Below are positions 47,334-61,869 of a stretch of 64,000 nucleotides of DNA, piece by piece; position 1 is the stretch's first letter; every line of letters starts with the position of its first letter. This DNA is from Selaginella moellendorffii. Taxonomy: Eukaryota; Plantae; Lycopodiophyta. The position numbers and the translations under genes were made by a program. The notes below the pieces were generated by a model. It saw only the letters and a list, made by a program, of their open reading frames with translations. It was not told the DNA's origin and did no database searches. The stretch lies in the NCBI RefSeq assembly GCF_000143415.4, contig NW_003314302.1, positions 1,529,208 to 1,593,207 on the forward strand, read 5' to 3'.

Positions 47334-48965
47334 CTATAACACTGTTACCACCAGAGGCTTTACCATCTCACTCGAAAGCTTGAGAACTTCGGTGAGATCA
47401 ACGGGATGGGCTGGGTCGACCTGGAACTCAAACTTGTGAACCAACCGAGCCGTCCAGAGAAGAACAGTAGCGAGGCCGAGAGCTCGTCCGGGACACACTC
47501 GGCGACCAGCTCCGAATGGGGCGAGACGTAAGTCGGTTCCTTTCACATCAACGTCCTGCTCCAAAAATCTCTCCGGGTTGAATTTCTCAGGCTCGGACCA
47601 GATGGAAGGATCGTGAGTGATGGACCACATGTTTACCATGGCCGTGGTACCTGCAGGGACGTGGTGGCCACTCAAGCTTACGTCGTGAATCGCCAACCGA
47701 GCCCAAGAGAGCAAGGGACCCGGAGGATGCATCCGAAGAGTCTCCTTTACAACGGCCTGGAGGAACACCATCTTCTGGAGGTCAGACTCGGCAACTTTGG
47801 ATTTTCCAACGATGCTCGTGATCTCATGCCGCAACTTGCTCTGGATTTCAGGATGGAGGACGAGCTCTGCAAGAATCCATTCGGTGAGGAGTGCAACCGT
47901 GTCAGTGCCTCGGAAAATCATCTCCTGCAAAACACCACGTAAGTCATAAAAGAAAACAGAGGCAGACTTTGAAGCTTTGAAGCTTGTTACCCAGAGAACT
48001 GCGATCATGTCCGCGTCTTCAAGCTTGTCCTCACCATCCAAGGAGAGCAGCACATCCACAAAGTCGGCTTCGCCAACTTTCTTATCGTCCGACTGGCGAT
48101 GCTCGTCGATGATCCTCTGGACAAACCTCGTCACTTGGGGAACCAGAACGGCACAGCGCTGGAGGATGTTCTGGGGATCGACTGCTTTGAGAGCTGGCAA
48201 GTGATCGGCCCAGTTGAATGCACCGAGCAGCTCGAATCCTTCCCTCACCATCCCAGAAAGCCGAGCAGCGTCCTCAGAGCCATCCTCGAAGCTCCTGCCG
48301 AACACCGTCTGCATGATGTTGTTAAGCGAAGCTCGCTGGAGAAAGTCCCGGACTCGGACAAGACCGTGGTTGTCAGCTGCAAAGGTACTCATTGCTTCGA
48401 TCATCCTGCTTGTCTCTGCCTGACGAGATGGTTCGTGAGCAGCAATCTGGCGTGGAGAAAACAGATAGTTGGATGCAATCCTCCGCAAGTTACGCCAGTA
48501 ATCTCCATAGGGAGCGAAGCCGATTGCTCGTCCAAACAGGAGCTGCTGCGCCGACTGCTTGAGAGGCCTGTCCGCGAACTCGGAACTGTTGAGCAGCTCT
48601 CGTGCCACTTCCGGCTTGCTGGTGATGATCACCCTCGTGTTCCCCAGGCCGAAGGCCATGAGCCCTTTGGCGTGGTACCTGTCGGCGAGCTTGGCCAGCT
48701 TTCGGTGGGCTTGGCCTTCCATCTCCGTCAAGACTCCAAGCACTGGCCATCCTCGCGGCCCCGGGATGGTCTGCTTCTTCCTCAGCGTTCTCCCCCATGC
48801 ATTGCCACCGGGAACAAGCCAAGCAGCCAGGATCGCCGAGACAGCAGCTAGAACGAGCACGGCCACAGCAGCAGCGACGAATCGGCATGCATGATCGGTG
48901 GCTAAATGCCGGGGGAAGAAAGGCAGAGTGAGGATCCACCAATCGAATCCAGAAGACGACTCCAT
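47334..48965 (-). CDS. Cytochrome P450, CYP78 family, copy 3; exons 47991-48965 and 47334-47924
   Basis: Full P450 motifs; 66-nt intron 47925-47990 at the conserved site. Confidence 0.95.
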   Translation of the reverse strand: MESSSGFDWWILTLPFFPRHLATDHACRFVAAAVAVLVLAAVSAILAAWLVPGGNAWGRTLRKKQTIPGPRGWPVLGVLTEMEGQAHRKLAKLADRYHAKGLMAFGLGNTRVIITSKPEVARELLNSSEFADRPLKQSAQQLLFGRAIGFAPYGDYWRNLRRIASNYLFSPRQIAAHEPSRQAETSRMIEAMSTFAADNHGLVRVRDFLQRASLNNIMQTVFGRSFEDGSEDAARLSGMVREGFELLGAFNWADHLPALKAVDPQNILQRCAVLVPQVTRFVQRIIDEHRQSDDKKVGEADFVDVLLSLDGEDKLEDADMIAVLWVTSFKASKSASVFFYDLRGVLQEMIFRGTDTVALLTEWILAELVLHPEIQSKLRHEITSIVGKSKVAESDLQKMVFLQAVVKETLRMHPPGPLLSWARLAIHDVSLSGHHVPAGTTAMVNMWSITHDPSIWSEPEKFNPERFLEQDVDVKGTDLRLAPFGAGRRVCPGRALGLATVLLWTARLVHKFEFQVDPAHPVDLTEVLKLSSEMVKPLVVTVL

Positions 48966-48999
48966 GATCTAGAGGAGGAGGAAATGCTTTCCTGGAACT

Positions 49000-51990
49000 C
49001 TTTGCTCCTGGTTGTTTGGGAGGTGGCTTTCTTTTATAGCGAGGAGCGACGTTGTTATCCGGAAGGAGAGGTGCATGCTCCAGACGGTAAGTGCCTATAA
49101 ATTTTTTACTTTTGCTCTCTCGCATTTTTTTTTTTCTTTCAAGAAATTATTTGAGTCATATAAGTAAAGAATATATTTAGAATATTCGAGAAGATTCAAG
49201 TTTATTTTAAGATATTCTTTAACCCAACCTTATCAATCACTCGAGGAATTTTGTCCGCGTTAAAATCTGCAAAGCCGAAGATGATTTATTCCCAATGAAC
49301 TCAGGCATTCGAGGACAATTTCCAAGCTTGCTACAAGTATCAGGACCGGGAAGCTGCCATGCAAGCACTGCAATATAGGATTCAAGGATCCAAATTGTAT
49401 AGCAAGGAAATGTGAAAAACACGAAACTGGAGAAATTGAATGGTAAAAAGCTTTGCCTCGTTAAAATGTGCTTCATGAAAACACTTTCTTCCATCTTCTA
49501 GCATAGAAAGATCTGCTATTATTTCGTTATCTTCTTGTATCCACGCCTGAGGGGCAAAGCATTAAGCCACCACTCTCGTCACATATCACCCGAGACAATG
49601 AATTGAGTCATGGGGTTCCTTTTTCGTGAACGAGGTTGTGCTGATTGTTGGACGTCATAATGTTTTTGGAATGAACCTTGAGCATGCCAACTAAAAGTGC
49701 TAGAGAGACATTCCCTTGCGCCTAGCAATGAAATGCTGGCTTTCTTCACTTCTATGGCCAATTGATTTAGTTCTTGATGACTGAAACAAGGAAAAGGAAG
49801 CCATTTGCACCTTATATATTGCAGTGGATCAGCCAGTGGATGCGTCACGACTCAAGCTTACAAATTCCTCCCTTCTCGAGAGCACCTTTCTAGCATCACT
49901 CGGGGGACCAAGACAGCACTTTGTCACCCACGACGATCCTCAGCATCGCCTCTATGAAGCAACGTAAATCAGGAGCAATCATCCCATTAGCAGCAAGAAG
50001 AGCATACCAATGAAACATTCAATCAGCGCACTAGACAATGACAATCCATGTACTTCATCCTCTACGTAGAGAAATCTCCAACCAAGTATTTGTCATCAGT
50101 ACTGTTTGCGTTTCAAGGCCGGCCATTTCTGCAACTCAAGGAGGCCACCTTGCGTACGTGCATTCAACACTGATTCGTCCAAAGGAGGCACACCTTGCTC
50201 TTTGCACAATTCCAAACAGACAAAAAACGTACGGCGAGTTGGGAAAACATAGAACAATATAGTGCTCAGTACCTTTGTATGAGTTGTAGTCGATGTCGTT
50301 GTTCAGAACACTTCAGCATACACATCAAGGATGCCGTAAGTGTCCACAAAAGACTGCCAATACATTCTATCAAAGTGTCCAGCAGCAATGTTTCTCTGCA
50401 TTTCAACTCAGGCAGAACCAACATTCTAGAGGAAATAATCGAGCAGAGTAATCAAAAGCAAAGAAATAGCACTTGGTAAATTGCTCCATCTTCCTTTCTT
50501 TCCTGCACTCCACGATAAACAGGGCTTGAGGGTCTCTTTATGTCGCTTATTGAGCTTAGGATCTACTAGTGCGTTTCGGTTATGTGTTCAGAACTTGGGA
50601 TCCGTCATCTCGGAATCGCTTTGAGAAACAGTTCAAAACTACATTCAGATTATTTTATTTAATGCACAACCGAGCTTCTGACCTCCTCGCCAGGCTCCTC
50701 ATCCTGGGCCTTCAAAATGAATGTGAAAACAATCATGAGGATAGAAACAATTAAAATGAAGCAAAGTTGCTTATCAAAACATATTTCTCATTGTATTCAA
50801 AGCCTCGAAGTCGCATGCCCTTAGCATCTCTTTGGCTTCGAAACGCCCTAATCCTGCTGTGACGGTGCAGAGATGAATTGGAAGATGTCAACAAAAGCGC
50901 CAGGTGATACAGTCTTATATGCATAGATCCTGAGGAGCAAAGGGACTTCTTACGATTGCACAGCAGTAACCTTGTTGTACAAAAGATCAAACCTCCATAA
51001 AATTTGTTCTCTGCGCCCAAGCAACTATCCCTCAGTCCGCCATATGTTGACAAAAGACTCCACTCCAATGTGATATGCCGTAGACTCAGACATTGCCTTG
51101 GCGATTTTGCTATAGCCCCGCTTGCGGCTGCCTTGCTTCATTTTGCTAGGGCTAGATCTCATTCGTAGAAAACCAAGATGATCCAGTACGTTCTCTTTGA
51201 CTTGATGTCTCTTTCTGTTTTCTTTCTATACAGGCCAGGGTGGAGTTTTCACTGGAATTCCTTTCGCAAGTTTATTCATTCTGTTCGACTCAAAGTGCCT
51301 AATCTCTTTACCAGGTCGTTTAGGAAAGCCTTTGTCAAGAAACTAAGCTGGGGAATCAAAATCGCCAAGAGGAAGGAATTTGCTCTTGAAAGTTTCCTTT
51401 GAAGTTGGATTTGCTGGCTTACAAACAGATCACTAGGAGCTCACTATGTTTCTAGGAAATCACTCTAGAAATTCTACGGATTTCCAATCGAGGCAAATGT
51501 CGTGTCTAGGAAGTTACTTCTAGAAAGCACTTCTTTGGTTTTAACACCCCGAGATTTACAGTTTGGAAATCCTTTTGCTTGTGAGACCAAGCAGCTCCAT
51601 CACCTCTCTCAGAATCGTCGAGTTTTCTTCTTCATCGCCCACCTCATGGTTTGCCTTCCAGGCCACTTCCTCAAAGAGCAAAGAAAGCTCCTCCTCCTCT
51701 CGCATGAAATCCTCATCCACGGAACTCGTCTTTCCACTCCCAGAAACGCGCTCCCAACCTTCCTCATCATCATTAGCTACTCGCGACTCCACTTCGCCAA
51801 AGAGCTTGTAGAGCAGCTCTTCCTCTTGCAAATACCAGGCTCTCTCTTTGCACGATTCGTTTGCTGCCCATGTCAAGTCCATCTTCACCCTTTATTCATC
51901 CACAGCTGATCACCAAGCATCTCTACACCACACCCAAGCGCCATAGATCTTCTCTCGAAAGTCTACTTCGCCCTTAAACTAGTCTCATTA
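49000..51990. repeat. Segmental repeat unit A (CYP78 upstream block)
   Basis: High-identity colinear blocks with 52910-55530 and 61870-63640. Confidence 0.9.
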
Positions 51991-52196
51991 TATACTGCTA
52001 AGGCACCTTTTCCTAGATGATAATATTCTTTCCACCTTTTCCTGTACAAATACTGTATCTAAGATCAATCAAAGAATGCGCGGTGGAATAGCCACCGAGC
52101 TCGACTGATTCTTCTGGGCGGCATGAGCAACTAGTACAGGATTTTTCTCCATTGAAAATATGTCAGAATTTCCTAAGGGCATGTTTTATGAGTTTT

Positions 52197-52906
52197 ATGC
52201 GCTGGAGGATGTTCTGCGGGTCGACTGCCTTCTGGCAAGTGATCGGCCCAGTTGAACGCACCAAGAAGCTCGAATCCTTCCCTCACCATCTCAGCGAGCC
52301 GAGCAGCATCCTCAGAGCCATCCTCGAACCTCCTGCCGAACACCGTCTGGATGATGTTGTCAAGCGAAGCTCGCTGGAGAAAGTCCCGGACTCAGACAAG
52401 GCCGTGGCTGTCAGTTACAAAGGTACTCATTGCTTCTATCAACCTGCTTGTCTCTGCCTGACGAGATGGTTCGTGAGCAGCAATCTGGCATGGAGAAAAC
52501 AGATAGTTGGATGCAATCCTTCGCAAGTTACGCCAGTGATCTCCATAGGGAGCGAAGCCAATTGCTCGTCCAAAGAGGAGCTGCTGCGCCGACTGCTTGA
52601 GAGGCCTGTCCGCGAACTCGGAGCTGTTGAGCAGCTCTCGTGCCACTTCCGGCTTGCTGGTGATGATCGTCCTCGTGTTCCCCAGGCTGAAGGCCATGAG
52701 CTCTTTGGCGTGGTACCTCTCGGCGAGCTTGGGCAACTTTTGGTGGGCTTGGCCTCCCATCTCCGTCAAGACTCCAAGCACTGGCCATCCTCGCGGCCCC
52801 GGGATGGTCTGCTTCTTCCCCAATGTTTTCCCCCATTCATTGCCACCGGGAACAAGCCAAGCAGCCAGGATCGATCCACCAATCGAATCCAGAAGACAAC
52901 TCCAAT
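52197..52906 (-). pseudogene. CYP78 pseudogene (copy 4)
   Basis: Near-identical to copy 3 exon 1 but membrane anchor deleted, premature TGA at 52392-52394, and 3' half missing. Confidence 0.9.
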
Positions 52907-52909
52907 GAT

Positions 52910-55900
52910 CTAGAGGAGGAGGAAATGCTTTCCTGGAACTCTTTGCTCCTGGTTGTTGGCTTTCTTTTATAGCGAGGGGCGACGTTGTTATCCGGAAGGA
53001 TTGCATGCTCCAAACGTATAAATCTTTTACTTTTGCTCTCTCACATTTTTCTTTAAAGAAGTAAAGAGTATTCGAGAGAATTCAAGTTTATTTTAAGATA
53101 TTGTTTAATCCATCTTATCAATCACGAGAGAAATTCTGTCTAGCCAAAGTGCGTCAAAATCTGCACTGCCGAAGATGATTTATACCCAATCAACTCAGGC
53201 ATTCTAGGACAATTTCCAAGCTTGCTACAAGTAGCAGACACTGCAATATAGGGCTCAAGGATCCACAGAACTGTTAAAATGTGCCATTCCGCATTTAAAC
53301 CTTGATCAAAGGAAGTTTGTTACCGGCAGAAAACTGTAGAGGCTTTTTTTATTTTCTTAGCAACTTTCCTCCTCACGAAAGGTCTGCTATTATTTAGTTA
53401 TCTTGTCTGCTGCTTGTATCCACGCCTGAGGGGCAAAGCATTAAGCCACCACTCTCGTACTCGAGATGATGAATTGAGTCATGGGGTTTCTTTTTCGTGC
53501 ACTGATTGTTGAACGTCATAAGGTTTTTAGAATGAACCCTGAGCATGGCAACTGAAAGTGCTGGAGAGACATTGCTTTGCTCCTAGCAATGAAATGCTAG
53601 CTTTCTTCACTTCCATGGCCAATTGATTTAGTTTTTGATGACTGAAACAAGGAAAAGGAAGCCATTTGCACCTTATATATTGCAGTGCAGTGGGTGTGTC
53701 ACGACTCAAGCTTATAAATTCGTCTCTTCTCGAGAGCACCCTTCTAGAATCACTCGGGGACCAAGACAGAACTTTGTCACCCACGACAATCCTCAGCATG
53801 GCCTCTATGAAGCAATCAGGACCAATCATCCCATTAGCGGCAGGAAGAGCATACCACTGAAACATTCAATCAGCACACGGAAAGAATTAGACAATGACAA
53901 GCCATGTACTTCATCCTCTACATAGAGAAATCTCCAACCAAGTATTTTTCATTCGTTACTGTTTACGTTTCAAATCCAGTCCTTTTGCATACGTGCAGTC
54001 AACACTGATTTGTCCAAAGGAGGCACACCTTGCTGTTTAAACAGACAAAAAACGTATTGCAAGTAGGCGAAACATAGAACATATAGTGCTCAGTACCTTT
54101 GTATGAGTTGTAGTCGATCTCGTTGTTCCAAACATGCACTTCAACATACACATCAAGGATTGCGTAAGTGTAGTATCGACCACAAGAGACTGCCAAATAC
54201 ATTCTATCATAGTGTCTAGCGGCAATGCTTCTCTGCATCTCAACTTGGGCAGAACCAGCATTATAGAGGAAATAGTTGATCAAAAGCAAAGAAATAGCAC
54301 CTGGTAAAGTGCTCCATCTTCCTTTTCTTTCCTGCACTCCACAATAAACAGGCAGAACTGGGCCTTGAGGGTCTCTTTATGTCGCTTATTGAGGATAGAA
54401 ACAATGAAAATGAAGCAAAGTTGCTTATCAAAACATATTTCTTGTTGTATTGGTGGCCAAATCATTCTCTTGAAGGCGCGCTTGCAGCATCTCTTTTGCT
54501 TCGAAACGCCCTGGATAGGTGAGTGTAATCCTGCTGTGACGGTGCAGAGATGCATTGGAACATGTCAACAAGCACGAGGTGATATGGTCTTATATGCGTC
54601 GATCCTGAGGAGCAAAGGGGAGCAAAGGGCTTCTTACGATTGCACAGCACTAACCTTGTTGTACAAAAGATCAGCAGCGTTTCACTTTTCATGAGACCTC
54701 CATAAAATTTGTTCTCTGCGCCCAAGCAATTCTCAATGGATCCCTCCGTTTTGATAGGGCTAGATCTTTTAATTTCTGGTTGCATTCGTAGCAGTACGCT
54801 CTCTTTGACTTGATGTCTCTTTCTATACAGTGGAGTTTTCATTGGAATTCCTTTCGCGATTGCAAGTTTAAAGTTCCTTCTTTCTTTGTCGGCTGGGGAA
54901 CGCGATCAAAATCGTCACTGTTGATAGTCTAGAGAAAGTTTCCTTTGGACTAAGTTGGATTTGCTGGCTTACAAACAGATCCTTACGAGCTCATTATGTT
55001 TGTAAGAAATCAGAAATTCTACGGGTTTCCAATCGAGGCAAGATTGCAATCCATTTGATTTTCTTGTCTTACTGCTAGAAAGCACTTCTTTGGTTTTAAC
55101 ACCTCTAGATGAGATTTACAGTTTGGAAATCCTTTTGCTTGTGAGACCAAGCAGCTCCATCACCTCTCTTAGAATCGTCGAGTTTTCTTCTTCATCGCCC
55201 ACCTCATGGTTTGCCTTCCAGGCCACTTCCTCAAAGAGCGAAGAAAGCTCCTCCTCCTCTCGCATGAACTCCTCATCCACGGAACTCGTCTTTCCACTCC
55301 CAGAAACGGGCTCCCAGCCTTCCTCATCATCATTAGCTACTCGCGACTCCACTTCGCCAAAGAGCTTGTAGAGCAGCTCTTCCTCTTGCAAATACCAGGC
55401 TCTCTCTTTGCACGATTCGTTTGCTGCCCATGTGAAGTCCATCTTCACTCCTTCATTCATCCATGGCTGATCACCAAGCATCTCTACAGCCATAGATCTT
55501 CTCTCGAAAGGTTAGTTAGCCCTTAACCTAACCTCGTTATAACCTTTTCCTAGATGAAAAGATTCTCTCTACCTTCTCTTTTACAAATATGTGTTTAGTA
55601 TAAGTTTTTTTGTAGCGATGGAGATGGTGTCAAGGAACTGACCTTATATCTAAAATCAATTAAAGAGGTTCATTACTACTGGCAATTCTTTGATCAACTT
55701 CGCTGGCCTTTTGGCTCGGACCTTTAATGAACCTTACAAACTTATATACCTGGATGTCTGGAAAGGTGCTCAGCAGACTTCTGTCCAGCAGTGAGTCACA
55801 GTGTGAGAAGTTCCTGGCTCCAGTACCAAGGGCTGGATCTCCATAGCCCGGTAGCAATTGGAGCCGAGACTACCTCACTAAGCTGTCCCTCAGCTTCTAA
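52910..55900. repeat. Segmental repeat unit B
   Basis: Shared text such as gccgaagatgatttat, cacgcctgaggggcaaagc and gagaccaagcagctccatcacc. Confidence 0.9.
55116..55493 (-). CDS. Acidic orphan ORF in the repeat unit (also 51556-51888; disrupted at about 63250-63560)
   Basis: Open in two copies; internal repeat EEELLYKLFGEV / EEEELSSLFEEV; no recognisable family. Confidence 0.35.
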   Translation of the reverse strand: MAVEMLGDQPWMNEGVKMDFTWAANESCKERAWYLQEEELLYKLFGEVESRVANDDEEGWEPVSGSGKTSSVDEEFMREEEELSSLFEEVAWKANHEVGDEEENSTILREVMELLGLTSKRISKL

Positions 55901-56499
55901 GTAACAGATGACACCTTTCCTTGAATCAATATTAATAGTTTTAACAATTTAGAAATCTATCTCTTTAAAAAAAAACAACTGTTTTTTTAATTAGAATATA
56001 CTGCATGATACCATATATACAGATGACAAATTATAATTACCCAACATGATAAATTATATGAAAAACATCTACATTTCCCCTAGGAGAGTCTTTCCTTTAC
56101 TATATACATAACACTTCAAGGTGGAAGAAGATTTCTAGGAAAGATATTACTTGATTTCTAGAAAATATTTAAAGATTTACTAAATATTTATTGATGTTAG
56201 TGCATAGAATATGGAAATGGAATATAAAAAATCAGCATATCAATTAGCCCAAAAACCTTAACTTATATATAGGGGATTGAAACCAATCTAATCTGACAGT
56301 ATTAAAATTAGTGTACAGCCATTAATATTAATATGTAGCATAATAACTCACTTAGACCTTATATCATCCCTTCTCTTAGAAGGATAGAAAACAATTAAGG
56401 TTTTTTAGTTGATAGGTTGGGATCTGGAGGAATATTAAGAGAAGGGACCAATGGATTTATATATAGTATTAATTATTCTTGATCCCTTTGTATGAAGTA

Positions 56500-59330
56500 T
56501 TTTAGCTAATATACATGCACAATTTCTAGAGGACCAATTTGTTGAACATCATTCCGAACCTCATAAACTTGCAGTCCAATTAACACCCAATACGGTCCCT
56601 TCCACTAAACAAGAAGCCCCTTAGATAAACCACGTACTATAAGATTGGGAAGCAATAGATTGTCAAAAACGCTTTATTAGATCAAATGCCATCAATTCAA
56701 ATGGATAGAAAATTGCAATTTCAATTGTCCTTTTGCAGCATGAGGGAGAGTATTACGAGTTTAGCACCAAATGCAATTATGCATATACCAAATAACATCA
56801 CATAATATATCCAGCTAATAGAAAGACTTATGTAGCTTTTCAGTTATGATATCCTATAGACCTGATTAGAAAAGGAGAATCATGGTAAGTGTGAAGAAAG
56901 CATAGAAAAAAAATCAAAAACACCGTTAGACATAAATGATTTTTAGAATCTGTCCTCATAAAATAAACAAAGTTGTCTTCAAGGTGATATTGAAAATATA
57001 AATACGAAAATTGTAAGTCACCATCAAGTGATATAGGATTTTCAAAAATATTGCAAAGCCTTTAGATCCACGGCTCAACTTTTTAAGCCTCACAAATGTT
57101 GTCAAGAGAAAGTAAATTTTGTTCCACACCTTGTGAACATTAAATATCAAGTATAATAACTGCTTAAGGCATAGAATCCTCATCTAAAAATTCTACAGAT
57201 GCTAGAATAACAAGTTTGTAAGAAATATGAGAAGAAAATAAAGAAGGAAAATGAGTTTGAGAAAAGGCATTAGCATCAGCTATAGAATTCCCCGAGCAAT
57301 GAACAACATCAAAATCATATATTTAAAGCTTCAAAACCCACTAAGTAATACAATTAAGTTCTTCTACTTCAATAATGAAGTAATTGCAATATGATCACCT
57401 TTTAGCAATGTATGACAATTATGTAGATATGTATGAAGTTTCTCAAAACCCCAAATTACTACTAAACACTCCTTTTCTATTGTGGAGTAGTTCACCTTTG
57501 CTAATTGTAATGTACGGCTAATATATGTAATAAGATAGCATTAACCAAACATACTCGGGCTTTCTTCTATCAAAATACCTCCAAGATCAATATCAAAAGT
57601 ATTCACGTGCAAAATGAAAAATTGAGTGTAGTTAGGATATGCCAAAACTAAAGGAGTTGTTAATAGTTCTTTGAGATTTATAAATGTTGGCTCACAATTC
57701 ACGAATTAGATGAAAAATGATGTTATCAACTTCAATAATACTCGCAACAGTGTAGTATAACTAAAAAGATGATCAACAAAATGGTTGAGATATTACACTT
57801 TATCTAAGAAGCATTGCACATCATTCATACATTTTGGAGTACGGAGCTTAAAAACAACCATAAGTACATCATGATTAACTTGCAAACCTTTATGAAAAAT
57901 ATAATACCCAAAATATATCATGTCTTTGGACCTAAACATGCACTTCAACCGCTTCAACTTTAAACCAACTTTCCGTAGTGAATCCTAACACTTTACAAAC
58001 ATTATGGATGTGTTCCTCCCATATCCCCTTCGAGTGAATTAAGACATCATCAATAATCATCTTTGACATATCATAAAAAACCTCATCCATCATTTACTAA
58101 AAAGTCACTAAAGTATCACTAAAACCTCGTATAAACCAAATGGTATATTAAAAGTAGTTTTAGAAATATCTTCTTTAGCCATTAGCACTTGCTAGTAACT
58201 AAAAGTAAAATTTAACTTGGTAAACTAATAACTTCTCCCTAGACGATCCAAGAGATCAGTAGTGTGAGGAAGAGGGTACACATTTAAGATTGTCACTTTG
58301 TTAAACAAATGATAGTCAATGCAGAATTGAATATTCCCATTAAGTTTCATCATGATTTTTTTTGGTAACTAACGACGAATAAAAACCTTGATTGGATAAA
58401 CATCCCTAGTTAGAATAGGATGATGTATTGCAATCTTACCTAAATAATAGGTCAAATTTAAAGAGATCGGTGTACTCCTTCATAAACGAATTAATCGTTG
58501 CAACACAAAGACTGTTGGAGGGATTTGAAAAAGGAATAAAGGAACAACATAGAAACATAAAAGGAATTAATAAAGAGATAAAAGTGATGGAAGCAAAAGT
58601 AGAAGTAAAGGGACAAAGAAGAATAAAAGTGAGAGGAATGGAAAAAATATAAAAAAGTATGAGACAAGGGGGAAAATCTTTAAAGTTACACTTAACATTA
58701 TTATGCCGTAACCAATCTATACCAAGGATGAGATTAAAAACTTGACTTAACACCACCCACAATAACTGCACCTTAAGCTCAAAATTGCCCATATGCACAA
58801 TTAGGTCCGCCTCATCTTGTGCACATGTGTATATATAACTATTGCTATAAAAAATGAAAATTGGCTTTGCCACAGGACCAAATGTAAATGGCAATTTATG
58901 GCAATAGAAAAAGCAATAGAAGATAAACTCAAGCCTTTATCAATCAATACAAAGAATAATATGGGATATTTTGTTATAAAAATAAACTTAGAAAGTAAAC
59001 ACTAAATAAACTAGTGTCGAGTGAACCCTTTAAAGATACTTCTAATGGAGGGATTATTAACTTATTTGCGTAAAGACCCTTTACTACCCTTGTGACTCTT
59101 TGTTTCTCAAAAGTATCTTCGTGTCCAGACCTTCTACTATAGCAACATTAAGAGGACGTAGTTGATGCCAAAGTCTCCATCCAATAAATGAAAGTCACTA
59201 ATTTGGAAAACGCTGACAACTTTCCATCACACACTTAATAGTGGATATTATGGCTATGACCACATCCTCGCCCTTGTCCATGAACTTGGGCAGCAACAAC
59301 ATCAACCTCCGTTAGAACATGACTATCTCC
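56500..59330 (-). mobile_element. Highly decayed Ty3/gypsy retrotransposon
   Basis: In gypsy order: protease ILGIDWL, RT FCIDY..NKVT..YPLP..DLLDRL, RNase H VLAYP..YISRTL..NYSTIEKECL, integrase tail WKGPY. Confidence 0.85.
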
Positions 59331-60435
59331 CATAGAAGAACATGCAACATGCCTAGGTAATATATTAATTATAAGAATATAGCATATACATTGTCTATTT
59401 AAATAGTTAAATAGTTAAATTTATTATATCTATTTCTATATATAAGCACAATTAATATATCTATTCCTATATCCCAAATACTCATATTGATGGAGGTGAA
59501 TTATATTGCAATTTGTCCTTGGAGGGCAAAAGTTTTTAATAATGCTTTACTTAGTGTTTAGGATTATACTTTTGTTCTTATTCCTTTATTCTCTTTTAGA
59601 TCTTGATCTGTATTAAATTTTTGCTATATCTAAGATTTTAGTCATTAAATTTATTCTTCTTTTTCAATTTTTATTACATTCTCTTGTTTTGCCATGTTAT
59701 ACCATCATCGATCTAGGAGTATATCACTTAAAGTTGCTAACGATTCTACCTTTTGGTGTTATGATATTGGTGCAACAGCCATCTTTGGTGTGTTACTGTC
59801 ACTAACTTCCATAAGATATAATTACATAGTGTCTCATATTCTTGGTATATTATCATCTCTCACTAATTTAGAGTGTGATCGTGACATTGGTTGGAAAGGT
59901 ATAAATGATGCAGTTTGATTCTTAGAAGATGTTCAAGGATTGGGTTTATAAGAAAATAATGTATACATGTTTGAGTTGATTTTGGATTGTGATAAGGGAT
60001 TTAATTATTATGAAGATAGCTTTGAAGACAAGTTAATGATTTTATGGAGTAGGTGCCATTTTTTTAATCTACCATTTGATCCTTTCTTTTTTACTTTCTA
60101 CTATTTTTTAACCTTTTTTTATTTTCCTGCCTTTGCCACATTTTTTTCCCTTATCTTTAATATTTCCATTTCCTAGGATATTAACCATTTGTGGCTTTTA
60201 TGATTTTCATTTTTAATTTGGTGTTGAGTTTAGTGTTTTTTGTCCTCCTTATACTAATTTAAATATTGACTATGTGCATGAAGCTGAGAATCATAAAGCT
60301 GAGAATCTTAACTATAGTATTATAGTATTTTCTCTGATGTTTTAAACTTATTTGCTCCTAATGCTTCAAACTTATTTGCTCCTAATGCTGGAGTAAGAAT
60401 GAGTGGATATAGTAGTGAATTGAAGACGAATGAGA

Positions 60436-60535
60436 NNNNNNNNNNNNNNNNNNNNNNNNNNNNNNNNNNNNNNNNNNNNNNNNNNNNNNNNNNNNNNNNN
60501 NNNNNNNNNNNNNNNNNNNNNNNNNNNNNNNNNNN
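60436..60535. other. Assembly gap (100 N)
   Basis: Run of N. Confidence 1.
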
Positions 60536-61296
60536 GGTCACTCAAACCAATATTATTCAAACTCAAAGATGTTTAACCATAAATATTCTAAGATCTTAGA
60601 TTGATTGAAAAAAGGGTACACTCTTATTAATAGGCTTTTTCTTTTTATATTTGAACCCTTATAAATCACTTTTCAAATCATTCTCTTTAGTTACTTACAA
60701 TAGTGAGGTTGAATAAATATAGTAATAAAGTATAATCTAACATAAATTGTAAAGTGAGGACAAATATGGCAAGTTTAAATGAAATTGGTGCTTTTGAATT
60801 TTTTTTCTTTCAAAAAGGGGATAAAAAGGATATGGATAACAAATGGAGTGAATCCAACCTTTTATATATGGTGTTAGATAAGGATAAAAGTTATAAATCT
60901 TAACTCTCAAAAGTTGATTGTAGAGAAGACACAAAAATAACTTTGTTGATGGTCATATATATAAGTTAACAATGATTTCAAAGGCTAATAAAAGGGAAAA
61001 TGTAGTGATGGAATTTATCATTTGTTACAGTGGTAATTAATGGATTACAATTGCCTTTAAAGTCCCTTATTTTAGTATGGAGTGGTTTATTTGAGTGTTT
61101 AGCAGTTGTATTTGAGGTTTCAATTAGGATTTTGTTATTAGCTGATGTTCATGTTATAATTGTAAATTTTATTTCTATCATGGTTGTCAACAATTATGTT
61201 GTATATATTGATGGTCCTATGAGAGTTTTATATTCTTGCGATAGTGCCCAATTGAAGCTCTAGATGTTTTGTTAGACTTAACTTCTTCAAATTTTC

Positions 61297-61314
61297 TATA
61301 TATGTATATATGTA

Positions 61315-61345
<31 letters not shown>
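61297..61345. repeat. (TA)/(TG) microsatellite
   Basis: tatatatgtatatatgtatgtgtgtgtatatatata... Confidence 0.9.
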
Positions 61346-61347
<2 letters not shown>

Positions 61348-61869
61348 CACCATAAATAGTGGACCATCTATTTGAGATTGAATTTATTCTGTGGTTTAGA
61401 TCCCAATTAATATACCTTCCCAAACACTCACAATATTATATATATATTCATAAATGACCAGTAAATTATACATTTTTAAAGAGACTATTCTCTTGTTTTC
61501 AGGGTTTAGAGGCTGCTAAACCCTTGGCTTGAATTTGCAAGTGATTACTAATTCTCACTAAAAACTTTATTAATGCAAAAAAGTGGTTGTCTATCATCAA
61601 TCTATTAGCACAATCTGGTCAATTCAACATGACTAGCAAAATAGACAATCCATATCAAGCCTGTTAGCCTAATTTAATTGCTTGGTAAAGCAAATCACGT
61701 TTTGGACATTTTATAATTAACAATAATAACATTAATAAAACACATGATATACTATTTATAAGAAGTTTAAGTATGAATTTTATTAAATTAAGCTGAATAG
61801 TCTGTTATCCTTGTTCTTAGCGCTGCTACTAGGAACATCAGTGAGCGTGTTTTGCAATTCATCTGTGAT

